A stretch of 64,000 nucleotides of DNA. Source: Octopus vulgaris (Eukaryota). Position 1 is the stretch's first letter; each line of letters opens with the position of its first letter. Below are positions 42,975 through 57,830 of this stretch, in pieces. The translations under genes were made by a program, and so were the position numbers. The notes beneath the pieces are model-generated. The model made no database searches and had not been told where the DNA came from. It saw only the letters and a program-made list of their open reading frames with translations. Location: assembly GCA_951406725.2 (NCBI GenBank), contig OX597825.1, forward strand, positions 38,502,001 through 38,566,000, written 5' to 3'.

Positions 42975-44239
42975 ACGGCGGAATCACCCGTCGTCGCCCG
43001 TCCCGAACGGCTCACACACAAGTTCCGCCACGGAACCCAAAGAGGCGGAGAGAGGAGATACAGATAGATACTGCCACAACCTCAACAGCACAGAGATACA
43101 GAGGCACAACCCGAGATACAACCCAAAGAGAGGCAAGGCAACAGAGACACTGGCTTATATTCAAACAACAGTTTATACGACAATCAATTGCTACACATCA
43201 AATACATTTAAGGCAACATTTAAAGGAAGACATGCACGTGACTACTCAATACATCATACGGTATACCACAGATCAAAGCATTTAACAACATGCATGTAAC
43301 AATATAACAGTGTTCAGTAACGACACAACAAGTCCAGATCAAATAATGTTCACGATACGTCACAGTCCAATCAGAACACTTCGATACATTATACAATGTT
43401 CGTATCACAACAATTCACGTTACAATTCAACAAGTCCTTTACTCAATTCACAATGTCCTTTATCGACCACATCGACAGAGTCCTTGACTGTTCTTTTCTG
43501 TCGGTCCGTATACACCGTGACACATATCAATGCACAAAGACATACCTTAATTCCTAACTGAATCTGCCAGTGTCCCATTCCTCTCAATACTGCTAAATCC
43601 TCTGAATACTCTGCTAATTCCCCTCTGTGCATATTCCAATCGCTTGCCCCTAGGCCTCCTCGCATCCCAGCTCGCTCCCAGGAATTCCAACGCTTGCTTC
43701 TAAGAATCCAAGGTTCCATCCACTCGCTCTGACCTCCAGAGTCCGTCCTTCCTGACGACCAACTACCAACTCCAGATCCGTCTGTGTTCTTCGACGACCG
43801 CTCAACGACTGCCCAGAACCTCACTTCCTTGTCCTGACTTCCACTCCCTCATCTCCCTCTGTTCTACCACCTATAGTCTTTCTATTTGCTATCTGATTCC
43901 TTACTCTATCTATATCGCCTACTGTCCCTTAGCCTCTCTATCTGTCCCTTAGTCTTATACTCTATCTCTCTCATGACAGCTCTACCAAACTCTCTGCCTG
44001 TCCTTCTCTCCTACTGTCAATACCCTCTCCATCTGCTCTTAGATTCCCTTAATCTGTCCTCCTCTTCACTTCTTAAAGGGGTGCCCAGAGCGACCCCTAA
44101 TTCACCCGCACAAGGTCACAGGTCATTCCAAAACCCATTAGTCCTCCATTAAACAAAAGACTGTCACTTTTCTACTAGACATGCCGGAACCATAATTCCA
44201 ATGTGGGTCACCGGGAAATGCACCAGCTAAACCGTAACA
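42971..44239. mobile_element. Probable solo LTR (or short-TIR non-autonomous element), 1.27 kb
   Basis: Sharp GC-richer insert in (TA)n with TG...CA ends and 8-bp terminal inverted repeat tgttacgg / ccgtaaca; strong strand purine asymmetry; no coding motif. Confidence 0.65.
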
Positions 44240-45596
44240 CTATATATATATATAAATATATATATACATATACATATATATACATATATACAAGCACACA
44301 TACTTACAAACATACATACAAGCATAAAACTAAACATACAAAGCTACACGTATACATACATAGATAAATAACCTGTTGATGTTGAAATTCCAATTAAGGA
44401 GTTTGAGGTCTAAGTTAGAAACCGGCTCTTGCTCTATTGGCAAGGAATCTTGAAATAAAACTTTACAATGAAATACATACATACATACATACATATAAAT
44501 ATACACATATGCATACATGCATGCATATGGAACGGCGTTTGTAGATTTATACTGAAGTGAGATTACTTTCAGTTATAGCGGTGCAGCTTTATGTCTAATC
44601 TTCGCACACGCAAGCGCGATCACACGTATATCCACGGACATATTACCGTATAGCTACACACAAAGTAACCGAAAGAGAAGATTTTGTAATTATGGAGAAA
44701 CAAGCACCTACTTCAACTATAAACAGTTATATGATCATAATATTTTAAGCAGAAGCTCAGTTGATGTACACATGCGATTGATGTATGAACGTCACTTCTA
44801 AAGGTTTACAGCAAAGCTTAAAGTGAACGCGCCATCAAAATTAATGGCTGAAGGGCATTCATAAATCCGGTTCTATAATTCAAGGAATAATGTACTAGTT
44901 TGTAAGGGTGTTAAAGTTTCAGAGTACATTTGGTGTGTATGTAAAGTAGATGCATATATCTGTTTAATAAAGGTTAACCGCATTAAACCGGATCCATAGT
45001 AGTAGTTGTTTCATCGAGTATATTTAATAGATGATAGAAAAACATGTGTAATATCATAGTAAAGCATTGTATCTGACACTTGAAATGTGGATGGCCACCA
45101 TATTCGATTTTTTGGATGGCCATTGTATTTGTATTATGTAAATCAAAATCTTTCGTGTATTAGTGACTAAGTCTACAGTTTTACCATGTTACATTGTATA
45201 TGCAAAAGTAACATAGTTATTCATTTACCTAAAATCAACGTATCTACGTGCTAGCGAAATAAAACGTTGTTGAATATGTTTCGTTTAGGGAGATATAGAA
45301 GTATTATTACCTAAGTATATACGTTTTCTGGATCTTTTATGTGTTGCCTGCCACTTTTCAGTTTCTTCAATTTGTTCCAACTGATTTCATATTTGATTCC
45401 TTAAGTAGTTATTGACACCGAAATTAATTTTCGCCATATATCAAGAAAATAAGGAGTTAATAGCATTTAAAGTTTGCAAATTTTTGGTAATTTTAGCTAA
45501 TCGAAATTCACAGACATTCAGGTGCCTCTTTCCAGAGTAAGACTCCTGCACCTAGACACACACACACACACACTCACACACACACACACACACACG

Positions 45597-45628
<32 letters not shown>

Positions 45629-45872
45629 CATATATACGTAAATATATATATATATAATTACATAATTACATACGTATATATACATATGTGTGTGTGTGTA
45701 CAATTACGTATATTTACGGATTCCACCCAAGGACTTATGGACTTATTTCTACAGGATCGGGAAGTTGAACTGTGAACTTTATGATTCATTTTTCTTGTCT
45801 TTCGTCATCTCGTTATTCCTTTACTCCTGTCGTCAATGTCGTCAAATCATTAATCTACACCCTTCATATATG

Positions 45873-46387
45873 CACTGGGGTAAAATATACGAAGCTCAGA
45901 ATACCCATCATGACTACACGTCTGACAAGGGTACACTAGGCACATACATCAAAACATGGTGCGACATGGTGATCTCATATCAAGATAAACAGCACATTAA
46001 CTTGCAGGGATGGGGTGCTGTGGGATTTTTCTTCTGGTCGAGTAGCTGATCACACTCAAAAGGTCTCTGAATAAGGTTTGTTTAAGGGTGTTGAACGAAC
46101 AATACATGTTTCCAGAAGTGAATTATCCAAACCTCTAACAATTCCTTTCAACACACGGCTGTGATGCTCCCCCACTACTTCTGCTTGTGATCAGAGATGC
46201 ACATATCATCAGCCACTAAAGGACATGCTCAACTGGTTAAGGTCAAGCAACTGGCAAGCAAATCTGTGGTATTGAGCAGAATATTTGCTGTAGCCCATCT
46301 TTTATACCAAGACAAAACAATGTACATGATAACACTTCCAATCATTTAAGATCAGAAGCCATGGGAGCCACTGTCTGGTATTGCATC
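45873..46387 (-). mobile_element. ~550-bp (AAT)n-associated non-coding element (copy 2, more diverged, 3' end clipped)
   Basis: Reverse complement aligns with 17845-18362; its 5' end abuts the (AAT)n-strand array at 46398-46695. Confidence 0.8.
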
Positions 46388-46397
46388 AGGGGAAAAA

Positions 46398-46461
<64 letters not shown>

Positions 46462-46536
46462 GTTGTTGTTGTTGTTGTTGTGGTTGTTTTTGTTGTTGCT
46501 GCTGCTGCTGCTGTTGTGGTTGTTGTTGCTGTTGTT

Positions 46537-46571
<35 letters not shown>

Positions 46572-46626
46572 CCCTGTTGCTGTTCTTCTTCTTCTTCTTC
46601 CTTTTCTTCTTCTTCTTCTTCTTCTT

Positions 46627-46695
<69 letters not shown>
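46398..46695. repeat. Compound trinucleotide microsatellite (TTA/TTG/CTG/TTC/TTA)
   Basis: Directly visible. Confidence 0.95.
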
Positions 46696-46698
<3 letters not shown>

Positions 46699-47162
46699 AG
46701 TTATCGCCAAGATAATATGGCAGTCCAGAAATATAGTACAGATGCCGCCGTAGATTAGCTCCAAGAGACCATCGCCTCTAGGTAGCTATGTGACACACGA
46801 CCACGTACCATTATAACCTTCGAAGAGGGGAGGTCAGCCGCCTCCCCTTGCAGCAGATTAGTTTCAGTGTATTTGCCCCTCTGCAATGCAGAGCAGCCGA
46901 ATCCCACAGGCGTCGCTACCAATTGTCTGCCCGAATGTTTATTTACCAAAATTCGGTGTAATATATCCACTGGCTTTCAAAAATAGAAATATTAAATTTT
47001 CTCAGGTTCTGTAGAGGAGACTACGGGAGCGGTCATGGATATTGATAGTTATCGCCAATCTAATATGGCAGTCAAGAATTATAGGACGTATGCTGCCGTT
47101 GATTAGCTCCAAGAGGCCATATCTTCTAGCTAGTTATGTGACACACGAACCTGTGCCCATTA
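46696..47162 (-). mobile_element. Two tandem diverged copies of a retroelement-like 3' end, the left one running into (AAT)n
   Basis: 46696-46813 resembles 47045-47162 (atagttatcgccaa...gattagctccaagag...tgtgacacacga...cattat). Confidence 0.5.
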
Positions 47163-48747
47163 TATCCACCACTAGTATATTTGAAATGTTTCTAATTTTT
47201 CTTCTGGTTTATCTATTTTGCAACATTTAAGTCTAAATTTACATCAGTACAAAATTTGTCGCAAAATATCAATTGACTTTTGTGTAATTGTCGCACTAAA
47301 ATAAGTTCTAATAGGCTGGAATGAATTTACGTTACAAAATTATAATTCATAATAACACAGAACTCCCGCTAAATAAATGACAACTGATGATTCTTCGACA
47401 AAATATAAGCCTTGGTTGATATTCAAATGAGAGAAAAGGGGAAGAGGATCATTCTTAATCTATGTGTATAACGCTATCAAAACATGCACAAATACAGGTG
47501 TGTAGAATTGCCTGAATGAATATATCAGTTGCATTCTTCCTATGTGTATATTATCTAAAGTGATTTGCGTGTTTTAATACAAAAACAGAGATATACTAGT
47601 CATAATTTTAGCTGAAACACCGCCCCATTCCAAGAGATTGCAGCAAGGAAAATATTTTAGAACGCTTCCCTTATCACCCGCTGTCAGTCATTCTGTACTT
47701 CCGATGCTTCCTGTTTCTTTCTATTCTTTAGTTCTGCTCTAAATTCTGCCCCCTTATCTACACGTGAGTAAGGCACAACACAACTCTTTGACAGTTGCAG
47801 CTTATTTATTCGACTCCGGCCCTAAGTAAATGCCTATAGCACGTGCACACATACATACTAAGCCTAATATGCACACAATCATGCGCAGTCTTATAGATAC
47901 ACATATGCAGATGTACCTTCGCAATATATATATATATATATATATATATATTGCGAAGGTACATATATATATATGTGTGTGCGTGTGTGTGTGTATGTAT
48001 AAATATATATGTGCATACATATATATATACGTATATCTATACATGTAGATACACACAAACACACACACACGCATATATATATATATATACGATTGAATGT
48101 GTCTGTGTACAAATACCAAAATAAAAACAAGCAATATTAGGAGACATAAACGTGAACGCAGACACTGGTAAGAAAATTACAAGAACATAATATCGCCCGC
48201 AAAAATACCAATTTCGGAATGAAATAGCAATAACCATTAAAACAGTTGATCAGCTAATGGATGTTCCAGCAAATCTCATGGAAACGTAAAGTTGTCTATA
48301 TACTTTATATTATTAGATGAACGGTTCTGCGGAGAAAACTTGATTAGTATTTGAAACAGACCATGGAAGATTCATGCTTAGGTTTTATAAACACGAGAAA
48401 GTAGAGACACATTTCCATGCATATGTATACATACAGAAATATGCAGTTGAGAAATACACAGATATGTCTAGATCGTAAATATGATCACATTTATACGCCT
48501 GTATACAGACATATGCTTACTCTATGTATTTTTAAGCATGTTTACCAATCAATAATCCTATCTATATACTACATACAAAGAGTTTCCCTCAGACACGCAA
48601 ACATCCACTCATGATTATACGTGTGCACGCACGAATCTGCAGCGGTTTGTATCTATACACAAACATGCACACAGGCACACTGAGACATGCACATGTACAT
48701 ATATGAACCGATACATAGACAAACATATAGACAGACAGATAGATAGG

Positions 48748-48815
<68 letters not shown>

Positions 48816-49572
48816 CATGCACTTACACTTGTCTGTATGCATGTGTTAAATATCTTTATATAATTTTGTTTCTTTGTGTGAATATCTACTTCCTGGCGCT
48901 AATGCTGGAGACACAAAACTAAGTAGGACTTGAAATTAACACGCTTTTTAAAGCAAACACGCAAAAAAATTGCGTTATAGAGCTAAGGGATAATTGCTAC
49001 TATACGATATGGGTGAGAATTATTAATAATATATAAGGCACCCATGATAAGATTACTATTAAAAGTCCATGCATAAATTCTGGAATACGCGATAGTTTGT
49101 TATAATATATCCCTCGGTCAACTGGCCGTATGGCGAATATATTAATGAGAAGATATTCAAGACGTGACCACCTGTCAATTTGTGTTTCAGTGCACAATAT
49201 TTGATATATCATTCATTATTTAGTATCAAGTTTATTTTAAAGATTTGTTTCTTCTTTCGAGCAACTATGTATCCACATCTTCAATCAAATTTGGAGATTT
49301 AGACTCATCTGAGTCGGAGGAATGTTCACAATTTCATCCTCCTTTTATGCTTCTAATTTATACAGCAAAAATTGAAGGTGATGTAAATAAAGTGATACAG
49401 ATAATAAGCATTAACTTAGGACACACACACACAAACGCACACACACACACATACACACACATACATACACACACACACACACATACGTATATATACTGCT
49501 TTTGATTATTTTATCTGCTGACTGCTCGTCAGGAGAATGAATAATCGACAATAGCTAATTTCCTCATCCTAC

Positions 49573-49631
49573 CTGCACCGGAATACCGCCAACCTAATCG
49601 ATGCGGCATCACGTCACAGTTTTACAGGAAC
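49573..49631 (-). other. Candidate 5' exon end of a minus-strand host gene
   Basis: CpG-containing unique island with a strong donor GCAG|GTAGGA at 49573/49572 and ATG at 49609 (MPHRLGWRYSGA, phase 1). The 5' boundary is uncertain and may extend to about 49950. Confidence 0.25.
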
Positions 49632-51288
49632 CTAATTTTCTATAAGAAGCTTAAAAGCCCAGGAATTTGATCTATTAACAAATATTAAGAAATAACTATG
49701 ATTTTCAAAACAATGGAATTTACGATTATGACAGCAGCGAGAGCCTTCATTGCCGTTAAGTGTGGGAGAGGGAAAATAAAACGATTGAAATAAAAATGTC
49801 AATGAGGCAGCTGAAGACAATGAATTTGATATTTCTTATAATAGTGATGATGATATTGTTGGTGGTGGCGATGAAGTTGATGTAAACGAAGGGAAGAGAT
49901 GGAGCAGGAGGAGGAGGAGGAGACAGAGAAATATATGATAGTTTATAATTTTCCAATCAATGTTTTACTTTAGACATTCGTGATCCCACGGATTCTATTT
50001 CGAAAACTATGAAACTTCCTTTTACAATGCAGTGTTTAATTGAATGATTTACATCTAATTTCTTCTCCTATAGCTTGCATATAACTTGTTTACTTACCGT
50101 AGCTTATTTTCATAACTATTATCTCTAGTTTTTTTTCCTATTCTGTAACCAGATTCGAAAGTATAACATCAGTCAAAGTACAATTTTGTGCTCCATTGAA
50201 CAAAGTCTCCGAATAACATGACACTCCACTCAGCTTATTATATATATATGTAGCCTTGCTTTATAGGATATTATGACTAACTATTTACGAGTTAAATTTT
50301 ATTTCGTACCAACTACATATCTGCACCGTGATAATTGCTGCTTCCTCATATTAATCTCGGACTGTGAGCATCACACAGTTTTTGGAGAGAAAATGCTATC
50401 GTTTTTACATATATGAAATTATTGTTGGTATTTTAAGTATTGTTATGCTTGACCTTTTCATGTTTGTAGTCGGCAAATTTTTGTTGTAACATTTGTAGCG
50501 TATTTGGGGACAGTTAAACATATGTCAGCGATGTGAGCATTGATACTTTCATGTACATTCGGTTTTTCGTTTTGAGTATCATTGCTGATTGTTAAATTTT
50601 CTGAGATTGTGACATGTGTGAAGCTTCTGATGACGTAAAATGTGCTATAGCAGATATATTGTTGCATGCTGTATTGTAGAAAAGAATGAATGTTTTAGTA
50701 CGATTTTTATAATATGATGGGTATTTTATTGTGTGGCAAACTCGTGTCATTCAATATTGCTGCTTCACGTTTGATGTCGATATAGGCTTTAAATTTTCCC
50801 ATTTTGTGTTGATATATGTGTGTTCAAGAGGAGAATATTAAACGCTGAACCTCCACATTACCTTCACATAAATCCCTCCCCCACCCCGAATGTTTGCATG
50901 ATATTTAGATTTAGCTTTTTAATGATATACAAACACGCTCATATATCTATTTTGAAGTTGAACCAGATGTCGAAGAGCCTCGAAAAATTTCAGCCATATA
51001 GTTTGCAGTGTGCAATGTTTATATTTTCTGAAAAATAATTGATTTTGTACAAATAATTTCACTGTTCTTCGTGGTTAGAGATAACCGATTTTTGGACTTT
51101 GAAATCAGTATTAACTTAAATTTTTTGAAATATCATCTGCCGATATTTTTAGCAAAGCATTTTGAAAATCAAATACTGTAGTCATGTCAGTTTTGTTAAC
51201 ATGAAAATATAAGATTATGTATACATACACCATACATACGTACATATATATACATATTCATAGAAAGAGAGAGAAAGAGAAAGAGCGA

Positions 51289-51330
<42 letters not shown>

Positions 51331-51331
51331 C

Positions 51332-51392
<61 letters not shown>

Positions 51393-52327
51393 CACATGTA
51401 TATATGCATACTTGTATGAGTATATGTATGTGTATTTGTGTTTGTATGAGTGTGTGTGTGTGTGTGTGTGTATGGGTGTGTATGTGCGAGAAATACTTGG
51501 TTACACGATGATAAAATAGTTTTGCCGAAACTAAATTATTGATTTCAAGATTTCGGATTTCGTCATGTTACACATACTATTATATATATATTAGATATAT
51601 ACCTTTTATTTCTCTGCAACCGATAAAGATACTACCAGTACTACATGAAATCAATAATTTATAATCAATTTCTCATATTTATTACAAATGCTATGGCATA
51701 TTGTCACTTATTGATTAACACATGGAAATACATTTGAACATATACTAACCGATATACGTATGCAATATGACATTGAAATATAAACACTGAAATATTCAAA
51801 TTCTTTTACAATCTATGTTAGTTTCATTGGAAATACACATCAACGAAAGAAGTATCTTTAGCCATATGAACTTACGTATGGATATGCGTCAATGTATATG
51901 CATGAAAGATTTTATGTTTGTTACTATATAAGGGAATATCGGTTACGAATCTTGTCAAAAGGAGAATTTCAAGGGAAGGGTTAAGTCGATTACATAGACT
52001 ATGTTGTTCAACTGGTACATATTTTATCGATCGCGATTGGATGAAAGCAAAGTCAACCCAAGTTAGTCTCATTTATATATGAAAATATTGAAGTTCATTT
52101 CTGTGAAAATCACTGTAAATTTTTCTTGTGACAGTTTTGTAACATTGGATAAATTAATATCGAAATATACAAAATTCTAGAGAAATGTGTGTATATATAT
52201 ATATGATACACACTTGGAAAATATACACGCATACACTCACACATATAAACACACACACAAATATATATACGAATACAAATGCGCACGCACACACAGAATG
52301 ATATATATAGCTGGTTACTAGCTAGCT

Positions 52328-52382
<55 letters not shown>

Positions 52383-53107
52383 GATATAGATATCTATATA
52401 TATAAATACATAGATATATGATGAATACATAGATAGATAGACAGATTGATAGGTAGACAGATAGATAGATAGAAAGACAGATAGTTAGATAGATCGATAG
52501 ACATAGCTAGATCAGCGCAGATATAGCCACATACATGCATACATATATATGTATGTAAGCAGAAACATTTATACATTGTGCCTGTGTATGCTTCCCGTGC
52601 ATAATAATCCAAAACTAACCTATAAAACTACTTTTATTCTATATAATTTTCTAAGAATCTTGGCCTCAAAGAACATAAAATCAAATATTATATTTAAATA
52701 TATATAAATGTCTGTCTGTATGTATATATGCATGTGCGTGTGTACCTGTGTGTATTTCTATGTGTGTGTGCGTGTTTGTGTGCGTGCTTGTGTATGTGTG
52801 TGGTGAGATAAATTTACAGAGGGAAATTATCTTACTCAGTACTGTGGTCTGTATATTAATCTGTTGGTGTCCCGAGTGTGCTTTCTAATAAAGCACAGAT
52901 ATTAACGGAATTTCCTTTCACGTAGATAATTTCCGACCAGCAATGATATAATTCTTCAGCACTCAGGCTAATGCAACTTTCAAGTTGTGTCTTTTGTAAA
53001 TGCTGGACCAGTATAAATGCAAAATGTACTTCGATTTTCAGAAGAAAAGCTACAAATTATCTATATGAAATTAATTCAGGGATGATAAACAAATATTTTA
53101 AATGGAT

Positions 53108-53491
53108 GGAAGCAATCCGTCGGTTAGGACAACGAGGGTTCCGGTTGATCCGAATCAACGGAACAGCCTGCTCGTGAAATTAACGTGTAAGTGGCTGAGC
53201 ACTCCACAGACACGTGTAACCTTAACGTAGTTCTTGGGGATATTCAGCGCGACACAGAGAGTGACAAGGCCGGCCCTTTGAAATACAGGTACAACATAAA
53301 CAGGAAGTAAGAGTGAGAGAAAGTTGTGGTGAAAGAGTACAGCAGGGATCACCACCATCCCCTGCCGGAGCCTCGTGGAGCTTTAGGTGCTTTTGCTCAA
53401 TAAACACTCACAACGCCCGGTCTGGGAATCGAAACCGCGACCCTATGACCGCGAGTCCGCTGCCTTAACCACTGGGCCATTGCGCCTCCAC
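53108..53491 (-). mobile_element. Full-length tRNA-derived SINE (second family)
   Basis: Minus strand begins ggaggcgcaatggcccagtggttaaggcagcggactcgcggtcatagggtcgcggtttcgattcccagaccgggcg (A box TGGCCCAGTGG, B box GTTTCGATTCC), followed by a ~300-bp non-tRNA body. Confidence 0.85.
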
Positions 53492-55832
53492 TACTTTTTA
53501 AATACCAACGTGACGTTTATATTTTCTGCTTGGTTAAGTTCAATTTTGTAACACTTTCCCGCGCTTTCTAAATTCGTAGACACTTTTGAACATTTTTTTT
53601 TACAAGAAGGTATTCTACACAGTGTTAGTGAAGATATAAAAAAGACTTCCAGTAGAGCCAAGTTGAGTATGATACTTAAAAAGCCTTGAAAATGTATATA
53701 TTTTAGGAGAAAGAAACGACATTCTCTTTATCTGATTTTCAATTAAAATTGAAATAAGTATAATTTAACACAGCGTAAAATAATAACTCGGCTGATTGGT
53801 TGTTCACATCTATGGCGAGGGACGCTATCGACATGCTAGATTTTGTATTAATAATATTGATTTTTTTCTCGTGAACGAAAGTAAAATGTATTTTATGCAT
53901 TTACGCAATTGAATATTCTTTGTTTAAATCATCATTTAATCATAGATTTCTTGATTTTGTAAACGCTTGATATTGTTCTAGTGGTATATTTTCAGTATGA
54001 AATCTAGCGTCTGTTAAACTCTACATTAAATTATATTGTTATACACCTCACTTTTGATGAAGTATTTCGATCTGTATGATACAAACATTCCTCTAGAAAA
54101 TGGGGGCTGTATTCACAGGTCATTATTATTTTAAATGAGATCGAATAGTAAAATTAATTTGAAAGGCTTAGTTTTATGAACTCCTCTATCTAAATTTGAC
54201 TACTATTTAGGAAAAAAATACATAACAGCAAATTTTAAAAGTACAAATTTCGAAACCTATAGAGTATAGGCGTATCACCGCCCTATATTTTATTCGGAAA
54301 TAAACGAAAATGAATCTACCTCTTATTGTGATCATAAATGGCTAAGATTGCTATAATAGAATGTAATTATTAAACCATGCAAAGACATACACGCGTCTAC
54401 ACATACACATACGCACATACACGCAAACACACGCACACATATTCAATTCGGGAAATATCAATTGTCATTTTCGTGACAGGAACTCCTGTATATCACAATT
54501 ACAGAGCTAAATCGATGAATTAATAACTCGATTAGTAATATATGCTTCATCTATCTTTGGTCGCCTGTAATGACCTCTGTCCAGAAATTATCACTGGCGT
54601 ATCTTTCTTATTTTTAGACATTATCAAATATATGTCAATATAACTAATTTCCTCTAGCGTTTATTATTTTTTCTTCTTCCGCTCCCACTCAATATCTATA
54701 ATCATTTAATCTCAATACTAATTCACTCAGAATAAATTTCTTGATTTCCCTTCAGCTCCCATTTCTCTTTCTTCATATTATTTGTTGTCTCGTATAGACC
54801 GTCATCATTTTACATCCTTACTGATTTATTCTAGTATTAGTACAGAAACACAAGGCTTTGAGAAGTGATAGCGATGTAAAATTGATGGGTTGTAAAAAAT
54901 GTATAACAAAGTGTGCTGCTACTGCTAACTGCTGTTCAAATAATGAAACTAGGCTCGATGAAGATCTTGGAGTAAAGTCGCTGTAAAAAGCAGCTATAAC
55001 TACTAAATTATGCGCAAGGACGGAAATATTGAATGTTGTTAATCGATTAAATCAAGATCTGTACTTCATTAACACATTCTTTATCGGCTCTGGAGAGATG
55101 GATGATGAAGCTGAGATCGTAAGATGGATATAGTCCGTCTCTCTAACTGTTGTTACAGTTAACTAAAAATAACAACTCATAGTTTTTATCCTTTACAACT
55201 GTGAATCAGTCTCATAACTCTACTCGTACGCCATTGATTTTTACAGTTAAAAAGTTGCAACAATACTATTTTAGCCTCAACGAGATGCACATTTCCTCCA
55301 AGACTACAACATCGTACAACTCTATGAAGATAAAAACATCATTCAACGAAATAAGAGATGAATCAAACGACACACAAAATAAAAACGATACCAGAAGCAA
55401 TAAGAACTAGGGTATGTAAGATAAAAAGAAAATTAACTGATATATATAAAAGGCAATACTCCACATGTTACAGGAAACCAGAAGTGCACTCCATGGTAAC
55501 AGTAGGGTAGTAGATTCTAATATAATGCTGTTTATGATATGATAATTACATGTGTTAGAAAAAATATCATATTTTTTATCAAGTTCGTTATGGAACTGAG
55601 TTATTTAGATTAAATCACTACATGACTTGGGTATATATGTATATATAAATAAGAGAAAGAGGGAGAGACGTAGCGAGGTCGAAAGTGAGAAAAATAACCC
55701 ATTGGGATATTTGGGAAAACGCATCGTTTCTTCTATCCAAACAGAGACTACAATTGCAGCTGATTCTGATGAAATAGTTATTAGTATTTGCAATATTAAT
55801 AGCACCATCATCATCATCAGCATCATCATCAC

Positions 55833-55967
55833 GGCGACGAGGTGGTAGTATCCTTAGCACGCTGGACTTAATGCTTAGAGTTGTTTCGCCCGTTATTACG
55901 GTCTGACTTCAAATTCCACCGAGGTCGTCTTTGAATTCTATCGTTTCGGGTGTCAGTAAATTAAGCA
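55833..55967 (+). mobile_element. Diverged SINE with a Meta-domain-like core
   Basis: cttcaaattccaccgaggtcgtctttgaattctatcgtttcgggtgtcagtaaattaag; related fragments at about 2010-2140(+), 51985-52070(-), 60190-60288(-) and 60540-60635(-). Confidence 0.55.
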
Positions 55968-57516
55968 TGAACAAGAAAATAACTTCAAACTGAAGTTTGT
56001 CAGTCCACTTAAGTTGAGAGATTAAAGTTAATCGACCGGGTATTGTTGTCAAAACACAGTCCTTATAAGAGCAAATAGTTCACAAAATAATAAAATAGAT
56101 GGACACGAGCGTATAATCAAAGCTTCAGCAATCTCATATTTACACAATATTAAGAATATTCACTAACATATACTGGGCTTATAATATGAAGTGAACTTCA
56201 CAATACATCCACGCACAAAGAAAAGAAATGCGTACATAAAAATCGAAAACAGCACTTTACGTCCTGAAGAATCACAGATATGTTTTCGGTTTTGCATTGA
56301 GAACACAAACGTTGCTGTAAAATGTATTATTAAGGATACAGCACCAACTCTGTACAGATATTCTCAAGTTACCTATAAGGATATATATAAGTTACCTATA
56401 AGGATATATATATTCCAGAAAATTGATGTACTTAGAGTCTAAGCAATTTTTAAGGCATTCTCTTAGATTATTTATTAACCTTGATACATTTTTCCATGTT
56501 CCAAATAACATGCATGTTGTCTAGCATATACATAATTACCCTATTAGAAAACCAGACTCTTCAAGTACGTCAGAATTAATAATATAAGTTACATAAAGAT
56601 AATGAAAGAAAGGGACAAGGTCAAAAGCAACAAGAACAAAATTATTATTATTATTATTATTATTATTGCAATAATTATTAATAACATTAATAATAATAAT
56701 AATAATGATAATAATAATAATGAGAAGAAGAAGAAGAAGAAGCAGAAGAGGAGGAGGAGAAATAGAAGAAGTAGAAGTGGAAGAAGAAAAAGAAAGAGAA
56801 AAAGAAAAAAAATAAGAATGTAGCTTAAAACATAACAAAGCGTATCTTTAAAACGGCGCATATCAATTGATACTATCTAAAATATATTCCACAAACATTG
56901 TGCATTGGAAAACTACTTGTAATAGAATTATTGGAAAGCAGAGAAAAAAATAAATAAAATACACGTAACATCACATAATATAATAATCGATTTTAAATCT
57001 GAAATAAAATGTTTTAGCTTTCAACCGGAGAATTTGATTTAAAAAAGAAATACAGAACCAATACACTCAGACAACTACATGCAACTACTTCAGACTGGAA
57101 AATTAATCTTAGCCTGATGCATTTAGTGCTACAGATGTTGCTGCTACCGATCTTTATATTGCAAATAGAACACTAACAAAAGTAAAACTGTAACAATACT
57201 GTTGTTATGCTGATGACTGTTGTTATACTGCAGTATTATTATTTTAAATATAATTAATTATTATATTTTAATTTTTAGCAATAGTATTCGGAGTAATTTT
57301 ATTGGAAGAATTAATATTATTATATAAAAATGGAGGAGTGAAGTTGAGGTTGTAGTAGCAGTATTATGGGTATTATTGTGTCACAATAACCTCCCTCGTA
57401 ATGTTAAGCTTAATTATATCAATACATTGTTTTTCTTCGAGTTTCAAAACCAATACCACACTGGTCAACTGACATTACTCTTCACTCATTTTTCTTCTAT
57501 AACATCGGAATACTAG

Positions 57517-57617
57517 TTACAAGAACAACAGCAACAACAACAAAAATAATACTGATAATGATAGTAATAATAATGATATTAATAACAATAATAATAATAA
57601 TAATAATAATAAGAGTA

Positions 57618-57696
<79 letters not shown>

Positions 57697-57718
57697 TAAA
57701 AATAATAATAAAAATAAA

Positions 57719-57778
<60 letters not shown>

Positions 57779-57785
57779 AATAATG

Positions 57786-57816
<31 letters not shown>

Positions 57817-57830
57817 TAATAGCAACAACA
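57517..57830. repeat. (AAT)n microsatellite upstream of the Dong-like element
   Basis: Directly visible; further arrays at 59295-59393 and 60335-60476. Confidence 0.95.

Noticed and set aside
47732-47763. 32-nt plus-strand micro-exon (pyrimidine tract-AG ... GTGAGT)
   Set aside because: Splice signals alone are expected by chance in 64 kb; no frame or partner support.
53415-53491. tRNA gene
   Set aside because: A and B boxes are present but the acceptor stem does not close and it continues into a SINE body.
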